A stretch of 64,000 nt of DNA, from the NCBI GenBank assembly GCA_018644725.1, contig JABGPZ010000060.1, positions 1,622 to 65,621 on the forward strand, in the 5' to 3' direction. The DNA comes from Phycisphaerales bacterium. Its GTDB lineage: Bacteria > Planctomycetota > Phycisphaerae > SM23-33. The notes under the pieces were generated by a model. The model was given only the letters and a program-made list of their open reading frames with translations, did not search any database and was not told where the DNA came from. Made by a program: the position numbers and the translations under genes. Of this stretch, positions 25,867 through 35,949 are shown one piece after another (positions within the stretch are counted from its first letter, which is position 1; each line of letters begins with the position of its first letter).

Positions 25867-28800
25867 ATGAAGACAAAATATACCATACTGCTGCTCCTGC
25901 TGGCGACGACGTTCGCTGTCGCGGCCAAGCCGATTGCAAAACTCGAATCGTTCCAATTCAATCCGGACCAACAAAAGGTTCTCACACCGATTGAAAAGTC
26001 CATCTGGCAGACCAAGCCCGCCGACCGTGCCAATTGGGAAGCCAAGCTTCTCGCGACGCTTGAGTCGCCCAAGGCGACCGTTGACGGCAAGATCATCATT
26101 CTTCGCCGCCTGCTTCCGTCCGTGATTTCCGAGAAGAGCGTCGCTGTTGTCGCGCCGCTGCTGCTCGATGCAAAGCTCACCGATGACGCCCGTGGCGTGC
26201 TGCAGAATTATGATGCACCCTCGGCCGCAGAAGCCCTTCTTGCCGCACTCCCCAAGGCTAAGGGCAAAACCAAGCTGGGCCTCGTTCAGTCGCTCGGTTT
26301 GTGCCGCAGCCCTGCTGCTGTCGCGGCGGTCAAGGCTGCGCTCTATAGTGATTCGTGCGACGCGAGCCTGATGCGTGCCTGCCTGACGGCCCTCGGCAAC
26401 ATTGGCGACAAAGCCGCTGGCGAGCATCTCCTCGGCATCCAAGGCTTCAAGGCCTTCCAGACGACGCTGAATGACGCGACGCTGATTGCCTCGGCGCACC
26501 TCGCCGCAGAAGGCCAATCTGGACTTGCCACAAAGCTCGCCAAGAAGGTGTATGCGGGCGAGGCTGCAACAACGGGTCAAAAGAATTCAGCGCTCCGGTG
26601 TTTGCTGAAGGCCGATCCAGTTGCCTCGGTTGGACAAGTGATTCAGGTGGCAAAAGACAACAAGTACGCCAAAGCACTTTTGGGCATGATGCCTGCGGGC
26701 AAGGCCTGCACCATCGCGTTTGGCGAGACATTGATTAAGCAGAATGCGTTGGCAGAACCGGGGATGCTCCAGCTGTTGTTGGACCGTGAAGATCCCGCAG
26801 CCATGCCTGTTGTTTGTGAGGCGCTCAAAGGCAAGCTCGCTTCGAGCGACCGGGATGCGGCGATGGAATTCGTTGGCCAATTCGGAGCCCTGTCCGACTT
26901 GGGCTGGTTACTCAAAGAATTCAAGGCAGGCAACAAGACGGCCGCGGAGGCGTTGATGGCTCTCAATGCCGACGGCGTCGAAGACGAACTGCTCGCCAAG
27001 GCCGAAACCGATGCATCACTCATCGCGATTCTTGCTGGGCGCAGAGCCCAAGCGGCATTGCCGATGATGATTGCCCAGCTCAAGAAACCCACCAACTCCA
27101 GCGCGGTCAAGGCTGCTGCCAGCGCTGTCCCTGTGATGGCAGGCGAAAAAGACCTTCCCGCATTGATTGATGCGCTGCTGGCGAATCCCAAATCGACCGT
27201 CACCAAGGTCGTCGTTGCCGTCGCCGTCAAGGGTAAGGGCTCGGCTCAGACGGCCGGCTTGGTCGCTGCGATGCCTAAGGCATCGGCGAAGGCGCAAGGC
27301 GAACTTCTCTCCGCGTTGGCACAGATCGGCGGGGGCGATGCCCTCAAGGCCGTCAAGGCCCAGATGGCCTCCAAGGACGAAGCCGTTGCCGACGCCGCCA
27401 CTCGCGCACTGTGCGGCTGGAAGTCTGTCGAAGCGATGGGCGAGCTGAAAACGCTCGCAGCCTCCACCAAGAACGCGACGTACAAAGTTCTCGCGGTGCG
27501 CGGCTATCTCACGCTGGCGGACACGCAGCTTGATTCCCGTCGCGGCGGGACCAAGTCCAATGTCGCGACGATCGGCAAGATTCTTCCTCAGTGCAGCCGC
27601 CCGGAAGAAAAGCGCATGGCCATCAGCATCCTGAAAAAATGCTATTGCAGCGAATCGATTGCGATGCTGAAAACGCTGGCCAAGGACGAAGCCGTCGCCA
27701 AGGAAGCCGCCGACGCGATCAAGGCCGCCGACAAAAAGAACAAGCCGAAGAAGTCCAAAAACAAAAAGAAGTCGTCCAAGAAATCGAGTGCGGGAAATGA
27801 CGCCGCTTTTTCCACGGCCCCCTCTACCACATCTTCTGCTCCAGTCAAAAAAACCAAAAAGACCAAAAAAGCCAAAGAGCCTAAAAAGATCGAAGAGCTT
27901 AACCAGGCCGCACCCGTCACCGAAAAATGGGTCAGCCTCTTTGATGGCAAAACCCTCACGGGCTGGGAGCGCCACGGTGGCAAGGCGGACTACAAAGTCG
28001 AAGATGGTGCGATTGTCGGCACGTCGCGCCCCAAGACGCCCAACACGTTCCTCTGCACCACCCGCGAATATGGGGACTTTGCCCTCGAATATGAATACTT
28101 CCCGCACGACCACCTCAACTGCGGCGTGCAGTTCCGCAGCAAGATTCGCGAAAAAGATGACCGCGTGTATGGCTACCAATGCGAAATCGACCCGTCGAGT
28201 CGCGCGTGGAGCGCGGGCGTGTTCGGTGAAGCGAGTCGCGGCTGGCTGAACCCGGTCGAATGCCCCAAGGCCCAGGCCGCCTACAAGCCCGGCGAGTGGA
28301 ACAAGGTGCGCATCGTCTGCATCGGCCACTCGATCCGGACCTATCTCAATGGCGTGCCCGTCGCGGACCTGTTCGACAAGGATGAAAAAGAAGGCATCAT
28401 CGGCCTGCAGGTCCACAGCGTGGGTAAGAACAATACTCCGATGAGCATCAAATGGCGCAACCTGCGCATCATGGAACTCGCCCCGACCAACACCGTCGCA
28501 CTGTTGGACGCGCCGGCTGACTCGATGGGCAAGGTTGCCCCGCGCGGCGCGACGGTTCTGATCGCACCCGGCAAGGGTCTCGACGCGTGGACTGTCAGCA
28601 GCTATAAGCCCAAATGGATGACCAACCAGCAAAAAGGCAAACTGCAGTGGACCGTGGATACGAAGACGGGCATCGCTACCGTGAAACCAAAAACTGGCAG
28701 CATGGTCAGCAAGAAAAAATTCGGCGCGCAACGGATTCATGTCGAATTCTGCACACCGGAGTCGACGGAAACCTCACCCGAGAAATCGGGCAATTCGGGC

Positions 28801-29226
28801 ATCTTCATTCAGGATCGCTACGAGTTGCAGATTTGCAACACCGCCGGCCTCAAGCCCGAAGCGCAGTACTGCGGCGGCATCTATCGCCAGCGTAAACCCG
28901 ACGTCAATGCTGCGAAAAAACCCGGCGAGTGGCAGGTCTATGACATCTACTTCATTCCCGCGAAATTCAAGGGTAAGAAGAAAGTCGCCAATGCCCGCGT
29001 GAGCGCCAAGCTCAACGGCCAATGGATTCACCGCGATGCGGCCATCACGGGAAATACTGGCCCGGGTCCCAAAGAGGACGCGTCCAATCAGTCGCTGGTG
29101 TTGCAGGATCACGGCCAAGAGGTGAAGTTCCGCAATGTCTGGGTCTGCGATCTGGACCATCCCGAAACACTCGGCCAGTATGACCCTCGCAAAAAAGGCG
29201 CGGACCGCAACTCCCGCATGAAGTAG
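25867..29226 (+). CDS. Secreted HEAT-repeat protein with two DUF1080 (3-keto-disaccharide hydrolase-like) domains
   Basis: Signal peptide, HEAT-like helical repeats and a Lys-rich linker. DUF1080 motifs LFDGKTLTGW/NCGVQFRS/GYQCEID/IGLQVH and HVEF/GNSGIFIQDRYELQI/LQDHG..VKFRNVW. Confidence 0.88.
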   Translation: MKTKYTILLLLLATTFAVAAKPIAKLESFQFNPDQQKVLTPIEKSIWQTKPADRANWEAKLLATLESPKATVDGKIIILRRLLPSVISEKSVAVVAPLLLDAKLTDDARGVLQNYDAPSAAEALLAALPKAKGKTKLGLVQSLGLCRSPAAVAAVKAALYSDSCDASLMRACLTALGNIGDKAAGEHLLGIQGFKAFQTTLNDATLIASAHLAAEGQSGLATKLAKKVYAGEAATTGQKNSALRCLLKADPVASVGQVIQVAKDNKYAKALLGMMPAGKACTIAFGETLIKQNALAEPGMLQLLLDREDPAAMPVVCEALKGKLASSDRDAAMEFVGQFGALSDLGWLLKEFKAGNKTAAEALMALNADGVEDELLAKAETDASLIAILAGRRAQAALPMMIAQLKKPTNSSAVKAAASAVPVMAGEKDLPALIDALLANPKSTVTKVVVAVAVKGKGSAQTAGLVAAMPKASAKAQGELLSALAQIGGGDALKAVKAQMASKDEAVADAATRALCGWKSVEAMGELKTLAASTKNATYKVLAVRGYLTLADTQLDSRRGGTKSNVATIGKILPQCSRPEEKRMAISILKKCYCSESIAMLKTLAKDEAVAKEAADAIKAADKKNKPKKSKNKKKSSKKSSAGNDAAFSTAPSTTSSAPVKKTKKTKKAKEPKKIEELNQAAPVTEKWVSLFDGKTLTGWERHGGKADYKVEDGAIVGTSRPKTPNTFLCTTREYGDFALEYEYFPHDHLNCGVQFRSKIREKDDRVYGYQCEIDPSSRAWSAGVFGEASRGWLNPVECPKAQAAYKPGEWNKVRIVCIGHSIRTYLNGVPVADLFDKDEKEGIIGLQVHSVGKNNTPMSIKWRNLRIMELAPTNTVALLDAPADSMGKVAPRGATVLIAPGKGLDAWTVSSYKPKWMTNQQKGKLQWTVDTKTGIATVKPKTGSMVSKKKFGAQRIHVEFCTPESTETSPEKSGNSGIFIQDRYELQICNTAGLKPEAQYCGGIYRQRKPDVNAAKKPGEWQVYDIYFIPAKFKGKKKVANARVSAKLNGQWIHRDAAITGNTGPGPKEDASNQSLVLQDHGQEVKFRNVWVCDLDHPETLGQYDPRKKGADRNSRMK

Positions 29227-29243
29227 AAAGGCGACACGACGAC

Positions 29244-30413
29244 ATGAGTGAACCAGAAGTGATTCGTATCGGTATCGTCGGCTTCGGGTCGATCGCACGC
29301 GTCCACGCGGGCTATTTGCTCGCGGGCGAAGTGCCCGGCGCGGTGTTGTCGGCGGTGTCGTCGATTGATGAACCCGGCCAGGCTGCCGCACGAGAACTCG
29401 GCGGCGAGATTGCCGTGTTCGCTTCGGCGGCGGAGATGTATGCAGCGGGCGCGTGTGACGCGGCGCTGATTTGCACACCGCACAAGGCGCACCCTGCGTG
29501 CGCGATGGAAGCGATGCAGGCCGGCGTGGCCGTCCTCAGCGAAAAACCCGCCGGCGTGGAACCCGCATCCGTCGCCGCGATGAACGATGCCGCCGACGAG
29601 GCAGGCGTCGCATTCAGCATGATGTATCACTGGCGCACGAGCGGGCTGTATCAAACCCTCAAGCGCCTGCTCGACGAGGACACCCTCGGCGCGATCAAGC
29701 GCATTCACTGGAGCGTGACGAACTGGTATCGCACGCAGGCCTATTACGACGCGAGCAGCTGGCGCGCAACGTGGGAAGGCGAGGGCGGCGGCGCGACGAT
29801 CAATCAATCCGCACACCAACTCGACCTGTGGCAGTGGCTGTTCGGGCTGCCGACGCGCCTGCGCGCGTTTTGCGGCTTTGGAAAATATCACGACATCGAG
29901 GTCGAGGACGACGTCACGGCCTATATGGAATATGACTCGGGCACGACGGCGACGTTCATCGCCTCGACCGGCGAAGCGCCCGGCGAAAGCCGTCTGGTGA
30001 TTCACGGCGATCTCGGGAAGATTGTTGTCGAGGACGACACGATCACGCTGTGGAAAAACGCCATCTCCGAGCGGGCCCACAACGCCTCCGACCCGACGGG
30101 CTTCGAATTGCCCGCATGCGAAAAAACAGTCGTCGACTATCCCGAAGGCACACCCGCGCACGCGCTGGTGACGGCCGACTTCGTTACTCATCTTCGCACC
30201 GGTTCTCCGCTACTCGTCGATGGCCGCGATGGCCTCGCGAGCATGCAGCTGGTCAACGCGATGATTCTCAGCGGCTGGACGGACGAGTGGTGCAGCCTGC
30301 CCGTCGATGCCGAAACCTATAACAAACACCTCGCCGAGCACATCGCCAACTCCGCCGGCAAGGCCGAAACAACCGCGACGACCCTCGACATGAGCAAGTC
30401 GTTCAGCTACTAA
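29244..30413 (+). CDS. Cytoplasmic Gfo/Idh/MocA oxidoreductase
   Basis: GIVGFGSIA, TPHKAH, EKP, WYRTQAYY...WRATW.GEGGG..INQ..HQLD. Confidence 0.93.
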   Translation: MSEPEVIRIGIVGFGSIARVHAGYLLAGEVPGAVLSAVSSIDEPGQAAARELGGEIAVFASAAEMYAAGACDAALICTPHKAHPACAMEAMQAGVAVLSEKPAGVEPASVAAMNDAADEAGVAFSMMYHWRTSGLYQTLKRLLDEDTLGAIKRIHWSVTNWYRTQAYYDASSWRATWEGEGGGATINQSAHQLDLWQWLFGLPTRLRAFCGFGKYHDIEVEDDVTAYMEYDSGTTATFIASTGEAPGESRLVIHGDLGKIVVEDDTITLWKNAISERAHNASDPTGFELPACEKTVVDYPEGTPAHALVTADFVTHLRTGSPLLVDGRDGLASMQLVNAMILSGWTDEWCSLPVDAETYNKHLAEHIANSAGKAETTATTLDMSKSFSY

Positions 30414-30437
30414 ATTCACACAGAGTAAGGACCAGAC

Positions 30438-32345
30438 ATGACTGACCAACCCGCACCCGCCACCGATCCACTCGCCGCAGAACGCGCGTACCTCGCCGAC
30501 CTCGAAACCAAGCCGCTGCCCAGGCGCTGGGGTGGCTACCTCAAGCTTTCCGGCCCGGGCTTTTTGCAGAGCGCGATGACCCTTGGCGGCGGCACGGCGT
30601 TTACGTCGCTGCTGTTGGCGACGTACGACTATCGCCTGCTGTGGGTCGCACCACTGGGGATGATTATGGGCGTGGTGATGCTCTCGGCGCTGAGCTATCA
30701 AACGCTCTCGACGGGCGAACGTCCGTTCGAAGCCGTCCGCAAGCACGTCAGTCCCGCTTTGGCGTGGGCGTGGGTGCTCACCTCGCTGGGCGCGACGGTG
30801 ATCTGGCATTTCGCGCAATATGGCCTGCTCGCGGGCATGGGCAAAGACCTTCTCAAGGCATCCGGCGTGGCCATGCCCAAACAGGGAACCCCGGCCGATA
30901 CGTGGCTGGTGCTTGGGATCGGGGCCGTCGTGTTGTGCATCGCGATCTGGATCGTTTTTCAATATTCCAAAGGTCACCGCGGCATCCGCATTTACGAAAC
31001 CGTCGTCAAGTCGCTGGTCTGGATGATCGTCGCAATCCTTGCCGTCGTGGTCATTATGTTCGGCATCAAGGGCAAACTTGATGCGGGCCAGATTTTCTCA
31101 GGCTATATTCCGAACTTCCTGCCAGAAGACCCCAAGGGGATCGAAAAAGTCATCGGCGCACTCGGCGCATCGGTGGGCATCAATATGACGTTCCTGTTCG
31201 GCTATTCCCAGCTCTCGCGCGGCTGGGGTCGCGAGCACCGAGGCCTGGCGCGATTCGACCTCGCGTTCGGGATGCTCGTGCCGTTTACCATTGCAACGTC
31301 GCTTCTGGTCATCGCGGCTGCGACCGCCTTCCAGGGCAAAGTCGCCCCCGGCGCCCAGGTTCGTCCAGATGAGTTGGGCGCTATGTTCGTTGAGGCGGGC
31401 ATGCCCGCAGTCGCCACTCGGATCGTCTTTGACTTCGGCATCTGCGCGATGCTTCTCTCGTGCATCACGATGCACATGCTTTGCTGCGGGTTCTGCTGGT
31501 CCGAGGCGCTGAAGTTCAAGCCCGAAGGCTGGAAATATAAACTCGCCTGTCTCACGCCGTGTGTTGGCGTGTTCGGCGTGTTGCTCTGGAGTACGATGGG
31601 TGCCTATGTCGCGCCGTGGACGAGTGCGATTTGCTGGGTGATGCTTCCGATTGCCTACATCGCGTTCTTCCTTCTCAACAACAAAAAGAAGTATCTCGGC
31701 GAGGACAAACCCAAAGGCCCCAAGGGTGCCATTTGGAATCTCGCCATGCTGCTGATCGTACTGTTCACGCTGGGATCGACGGGCTATTTCTTCTACGCGA
31801 AGTATGGCATGCCCCAGTCGACGCGCATTGCGGCCGAGGTGAACATGGCCGAGTTCTATGCGGACCTGGCGCGCAAGGATTTCGCGGAAGCGGAAAAAAC
31901 AGGAGAAGGGCTTGTCGCCGCCAAGGCTAAGGCCGAATTGCTGACCCAAAAGAAAGCGCTTCTGGATGTGGTCCTTACCAAACAGAAGGCTCTCGAAGCT
32001 GCGAAGGATCCCGCCGTTGCCGCGATTCTGGCTAAGAGCGTAGACTCTGCCCGCGGGCAAGTCGACGTTTTTCTGAAGTTGGATGCAATGGGCAAATCGA
32101 TCCAGGCGAAGGAAACGGCCCTCGCTGGAGCAAAAGAGAAAACGAAACTCCAAGGCGAGCTGGACGACTTGCTGGCCCAAAAGAAACGTCTCGACATGAG
32201 GAGTGCACTTCTGAAAACGATTTGCACCACGCTGGAAACGCTGGAGGCGACTCCGGATGACGTGGTCGCGAATAAGGTTCTTGGAAATTATGAAGAGCAG
32301 CTGAAAACAATGGACGAGGCGAAAGCAAAGGCGTTGAACAAATGA
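30438..32345 (+). CDS. NRAMP-like (APC-fold) transporter with C-terminal coiled-coil
   Basis: About 11 TM helices, GPGFLQSAMTLGGG and GASVGINMTFL, and a ~170-aa Lys/Ala/Glu-rich helical tail. Confidence 0.8.
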   Translation: MTDQPAPATDPLAAERAYLADLETKPLPRRWGGYLKLSGPGFLQSAMTLGGGTAFTSLLLATYDYRLLWVAPLGMIMGVVMLSALSYQTLSTGERPFEAVRKHVSPALAWAWVLTSLGATVIWHFAQYGLLAGMGKDLLKASGVAMPKQGTPADTWLVLGIGAVVLCIAIWIVFQYSKGHRGIRIYETVVKSLVWMIVAILAVVVIMFGIKGKLDAGQIFSGYIPNFLPEDPKGIEKVIGALGASVGINMTFLFGYSQLSRGWGREHRGLARFDLAFGMLVPFTIATSLLVIAAATAFQGKVAPGAQVRPDELGAMFVEAGMPAVATRIVFDFGICAMLLSCITMHMLCCGFCWSEALKFKPEGWKYKLACLTPCVGVFGVLLWSTMGAYVAPWTSAICWVMLPIAYIAFFLLNNKKKYLGEDKPKGPKGAIWNLAMLLIVLFTLGSTGYFFYAKYGMPQSTRIAAEVNMAEFYADLARKDFAEAEKTGEGLVAAKAKAELLTQKKALLDVVLTKQKALEAAKDPAVAAILAKSVDSARGQVDVFLKLDAMGKSIQAKETALAGAKEKTKLQGELDDLLAQKKRLDMRSALLKTICTTLETLEATPDDVVANKVLGNYEEQLKTMDEAKAKALNK

Positions 32346-33220
32346 CGCCGGATGGAATCTACTATACCGGCTTTGCCGACGAAGCCGCCAAGGGCATCGA
32401 CGGGCAGATTGCTGCGACCACCGCCCTCGGCTGGTCGAACATCGAGGCGCGCGCGATCGATGGCGTCAATCTTACCGACATTTCTGATTTGCAATTCGAC
32501 CTTGTCGCGCAGAAGCTCTCTGATGCGGGCGTTACGGTCAACTGCTTTGGCTCGGCGATTTCCAACTGGGCCAAGGACGTTCTCGACCCCGCCGACACCA
32601 GCTTCGAGGAAACCGACCGCGCCATCACGCGCATGCAGACCCTCGGGGCCAAGCTGATCCGCATCATGAGCTACAAGGTGTACGAGGACCGCGAGCCGGG
32701 CGACCAAGACAAGGCCGCACGGTTCGAGACGCTTCGCCGCATCGTCGACCGCTTCCTCGACGCGGGGCTCCAGCCCGTCCACGAAAACTGTATGAACTTT
32801 GGCGGCATGGGCTGGGAATACACGCAGGAATTGCTCGACAATGTCCCCGGCCTGAAGCTGGTCTACGATACGGGCAATCCGGTGTTCCTCGCCGATCGTG
32901 CCCAGCCGCGGCCTTATCCGCGCCAGAATCCGTGGGAGTTCTATTCCCACGTTCGCGACCACATCGCCTACATCCACATCAAGGATTGCGTGTACCGCAG
33001 TGACGACGATGTGACCTATACGTTCCCCGGCGAGGGTGACGCCGACGTGAAGCGCATTCTGGCCGACCTCCTCGGGCGCGGGTATCAAGGTGGTATCAGT
33101 ATCGAGCCGCATATGGCCGTCGTATTCCACGATGCCGCGCAGTCGTCCGACGAACAGGTCCGCTTCAACAATTACGTCGAGTATGGCCGTCGGCTGGAAT
33201 CTCTCGTGGCCTCGTTGTAG
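32342..33220 (+). CDS. Sugar phosphate isomerase/epimerase family (AP_endonuc_2 TIM barrel)
   Basis: GFADEA, HENC, YDTGN, YIHIKD, GEGD, ISIEPH metal-binding pattern. Confidence 0.9.
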   Translation: MTPDGIYYTGFADEAAKGIDGQIAATTALGWSNIEARAIDGVNLTDISDLQFDLVAQKLSDAGVTVNCFGSAISNWAKDVLDPADTSFEETDRAITRMQTLGAKLIRIMSYKVYEDREPGDQDKAARFETLRRIVDRFLDAGLQPVHENCMNFGGMGWEYTQELLDNVPGLKLVYDTGNPVFLADRAQPRPYPRQNPWEFYSHVRDHIAYIHIKDCVYRSDDDVTYTFPGEGDADVKRILADLLGRGYQGGISIEPHMAVVFHDAAQSSDEQVRFNNYVEYGRRLESLVASL

Positions 33221-33318
33221 CAAAACTGTGTAAAAAGCAGTGCTTCGGCCTTGTCAGAGAGATTGGGGCGTGGTAAAATTTCCTGTTCATTGGCCTCATG
33301 CAACTAAAGGAGATCGGC

Positions 33319-33792
33319 ATGTCTGAACGTCTCAAAGAAATCTTTCGTTTTCGCGAAGATGCATCCACCAAAGAGTACGCCATTGCGGGCGGCGCGGGGG
33401 TGGTGATTCTGGTCGCGCTTTATTTCATCTTCTTTTCTGGCTCCAGCACCCCGACGGTCCCCGCGGGATACGCGACCAGAGACATTCCTTTTTGGTGCAC
33501 CAAGGCCAATAAAGAGTTCACGATTCCCTACAACGAGTTGGAGGAAGCGGGACCGCAGGACTTTGATGCAGTCGTCCTGCCGAACCATATCAGGCGCTAC
33601 CCCTCCTCGTTGAACAATGGCAAAAAGACGGGTGTCAGGATGATTTCCTGTCTCTCGTGCAAAAAGTGGTTCTGCCCGGATTGGTGGAAGCGCGATTGGT
33701 CCGAGGCGGATACCGAGATTGAAAAGCCGCTGGTTTGTCCGCATTGTGGTACGGATCGGGACAAATATTTAGACAAGATGATGAGACGATAA
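33319..33792 (+). CDS. Hypothetical single-TM protein with Zn-ribbon CxxC motifs
   Basis: RBS AAAGGAG, one TM helix, CLSC and CPHC. Confidence 0.75.
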   Translation: MSERLKEIFRFREDASTKEYAIAGGAGVVILVALYFIFFSGSSTPTVPAGYATRDIPFWCTKANKEFTIPYNELEEAGPQDFDAVVLPNHIRRYPSSLNNGKKTGVRMISCLSCKKWFCPDWWKRDWSEADTEIEKPLVCPHCGTDRDKYLDKMMRR

Positions 33793-33817
33793 TCTGCGTA
33801 ACAAAGCGACTCACACG

Positions 33818-33843
33818 ACCCCGCCCATCGGCGGGGTTTTTTT
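33818..33843 (+). terminator. Intrinsic terminator
   Basis: ACCCCGCC-catc-GGCGGGGT followed by a T-run. Confidence 0.85.
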
Positions 33844-33912
33844 GTGCCTGGGGGGATGGCGCGCGCGTGATTTTGGGTGCATTTTTTGGCTCAGGTCGGT
33901 ACACTATGGGCC

Positions 33913-34614
33913 ATGTCACTTGTGAAAATTGACAATCTGTGGAAAATCTACCCGCTTTTGGCGGGGGACGTAGTCGCTCTCGGCGGAGTGTCGCTGGAGA
34001 TCAAGGCCGGGGACTATGTCTCCATCATGGGCCAATCTGGCAGCGGCAAAAGTACGATGCTGAACCTGCTGGGCTGCCTCGACAAGCCCTCCCGCGGGCA
34101 ATATTGGCTGGGCGATGCCGACGTCGCGACATTGACTGACGAGCAGCTTAGCGTGGTTCGCAATGAGCGGATCGGGTTTGTCTTTCAGAGCTTCAATCTC
34201 ATTCCCTGGTTGACGATCGAGGAGAACGTGGAAGTGCCCCTGTTCTATCAAGGCATTGCTCCCGCCGCCCGCCGCGCCAAGTCGATGGAGATGTTGTCGC
34301 TCGTCGGCCTCGGAGATCGCGTCGGCCACAAACCCAACGAACTCTCGGGCGGCCAGCGTCAACGCGCCGCCATCGCCCGGGCGCTGGTGAACGACCCGCT
34401 GATTATTCTCGCCGACGAGCCAACGGGGAATCTCGACAGCGCGACGACGTTGGAGATCCTCGACCTGTTTGACGAGCTCAACCAAAATGGCTGTACGATC
34501 ATCATGGTTACCCACGAGGCCGACGTGGCCGAGCGCACCCGCCGCGTGATTGTTCTCCGCGACGGCGAGTTGGAATCGGACCGCACGCAGGCCCCCCAAG
34601 GGGGTAAGCGATGA
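33913..34614 (+). CDS. ABC transporter ATP-binding protein (LolD/MacB-like)
   Basis: GQSGSGKST, GFVFQSFNL, LSGGQRQR, ILADEPTGNLD, MVTHE. Confidence 0.95.
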   Translation: MSLVKIDNLWKIYPLLAGDVVALGGVSLEIKAGDYVSIMGQSGSGKSTMLNLLGCLDKPSRGQYWLGDADVATLTDEQLSVVRNERIGFVFQSFNLIPWLTIEENVEVPLFYQGIAPAARRAKSMEMLSLVGLGDRVGHKPNELSGGQRQRAAIARALVNDPLIILADEPTGNLDSATTLEILDLFDELNQNGCTIIMVTHEADVAERTRRVIVLRDGELESDRTQAPQGGKR

Positions 34615-35891
34615 GCCTCTCACTGTTTAAATTTCGCGACATGGTCATCCTCGGCCTCCACGGTGTGGTGGTTCACAAGGTGCGCAGCGTTTTGACGATC
34701 CTGGGGATTTTGTTCGGCGTGTGGAGTGTGATCGCGATGCTGGCGATCAATGCAGGCCTGAGCGTGCAGAGCCAAAAAGCGCTCCGGCGGCTGGGCTCGA
34801 CGAACATCATCATTAATTCGATCAAGCCCGAAACCGACGCGGCGAATTCTGGCGCGTACAACGGTGCGCTGGTCTATGGTCTGACTCTTCGGGATGTCGA
34901 GCGTCTCGGGACCAATACGCCCGGCGTGGTCGAAAGTGCCATCCTTCACAAGACCCAGAAAACCGCCTGTGCCGGCGAGCACATTCGGGCGGTAGGGGTG
35001 CTCGGCATCGAACCGAACTACCTGGCCGTCGCCAATGGAGAAGTGTCCCGCGGGCGATTCATCAGCGATCTGGACATCCTCCTCTGCCGCAATGTCTGCG
35101 TGATTCCCCAGTCGTTTGCCAATCGGATGTTCCCCGCAGACGATGCGCTCGGCAAGGATCTCCACCTGCTCGATTCCGACGGCAAGCCGTTTCACATCGT
35201 GGGGATTATGGAGACGTTGCCCGCCGCACTGGAAAGCCAACTCGGCGAGTCGGGCGACGCGGTCCTCGTGCCGCTGTCGACCTCGCGCGCGGAATTTGGT
35301 TCGATGACAATCCGCTATTCCCAGGGATCGCGCAGTGTCGAACAAGTCGATATTTCCCAGTGCATCCTGCGGATGGAGAACGAATCGGCGGTGATTCGCG
35401 GGGCCGGGGTCGTGCGAAATCTTCTCCAGCGCGATCATCCCCAGGGCGATTACGCGCTGAAGGTCCCCGTCGAAGAAATCAAATTGATGAAGGCGGACAT
35501 GCGCCGTTGGAACGTGATGTTCTTTCTGATCGCGAGCATTTCGCTGCTGGTCGGCGGCATCGGGATTATGAATATCATGCTCGCCAGCGTCACCGAGCGG
35601 ACACGCGAAATTGGTGTGCGCCGGGCTTTGGGCGCGAAAAAACAGGACATCGTCACGCAGTTCCTCGTCGAGGCTGTGACGCTGACGACGCTGGGCGGGC
35701 TGCTCGGGATCGGCATTGGGACGTTCGTGCCGTGGATCCTCCAGCAGATTCTCGCGATTGAAACGCTGATTACGCCGATGACGCTGATCGTGCCGTTCGT
35801 GATGGCGGTCGTGGTGGGGCTGCTGAGCGGATTTTACCCGGCGCTGCGTGCAGCGAAACTCGATCCGATCGACGCACTCCGTCACGAATAA
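34611..35891 (+). CDS. MacB-like ABC permease
   Basis: RSVLTILGILFGV, ISLLVGGIGIMNIMLASVTERTREIGVRRALGA, YPALRAAKLDPIDALRHE. Confidence 0.95.
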   Translation: MSLSLFKFRDMVILGLHGVVVHKVRSVLTILGILFGVWSVIAMLAINAGLSVQSQKALRRLGSTNIIINSIKPETDAANSGAYNGALVYGLTLRDVERLGTNTPGVVESAILHKTQKTACAGEHIRAVGVLGIEPNYLAVANGEVSRGRFISDLDILLCRNVCVIPQSFANRMFPADDALGKDLHLLDSDGKPFHIVGIMETLPAALESQLGESGDAVLVPLSTSRAEFGSMTIRYSQGSRSVEQVDISQCILRMENESAVIRGAGVVRNLLQRDHPQGDYALKVPVEEIKLMKADMRRWNVMFFLIASISLLVGGIGIMNIMLASVTERTREIGVRRALGAKKQDIVTQFLVEAVTLTTLGGLLGIGIGTFVPWILQQILAIETLITPMTLIVPFVMAVVVGLLSGFYPALRAAKLDPIDALRHE

Positions 35892-35949
35892 TACAATCGC
35901 TGGTCTGCGCCCACGTTGAACAGAAGACACGCCTTGTTAGGAGACCGGA

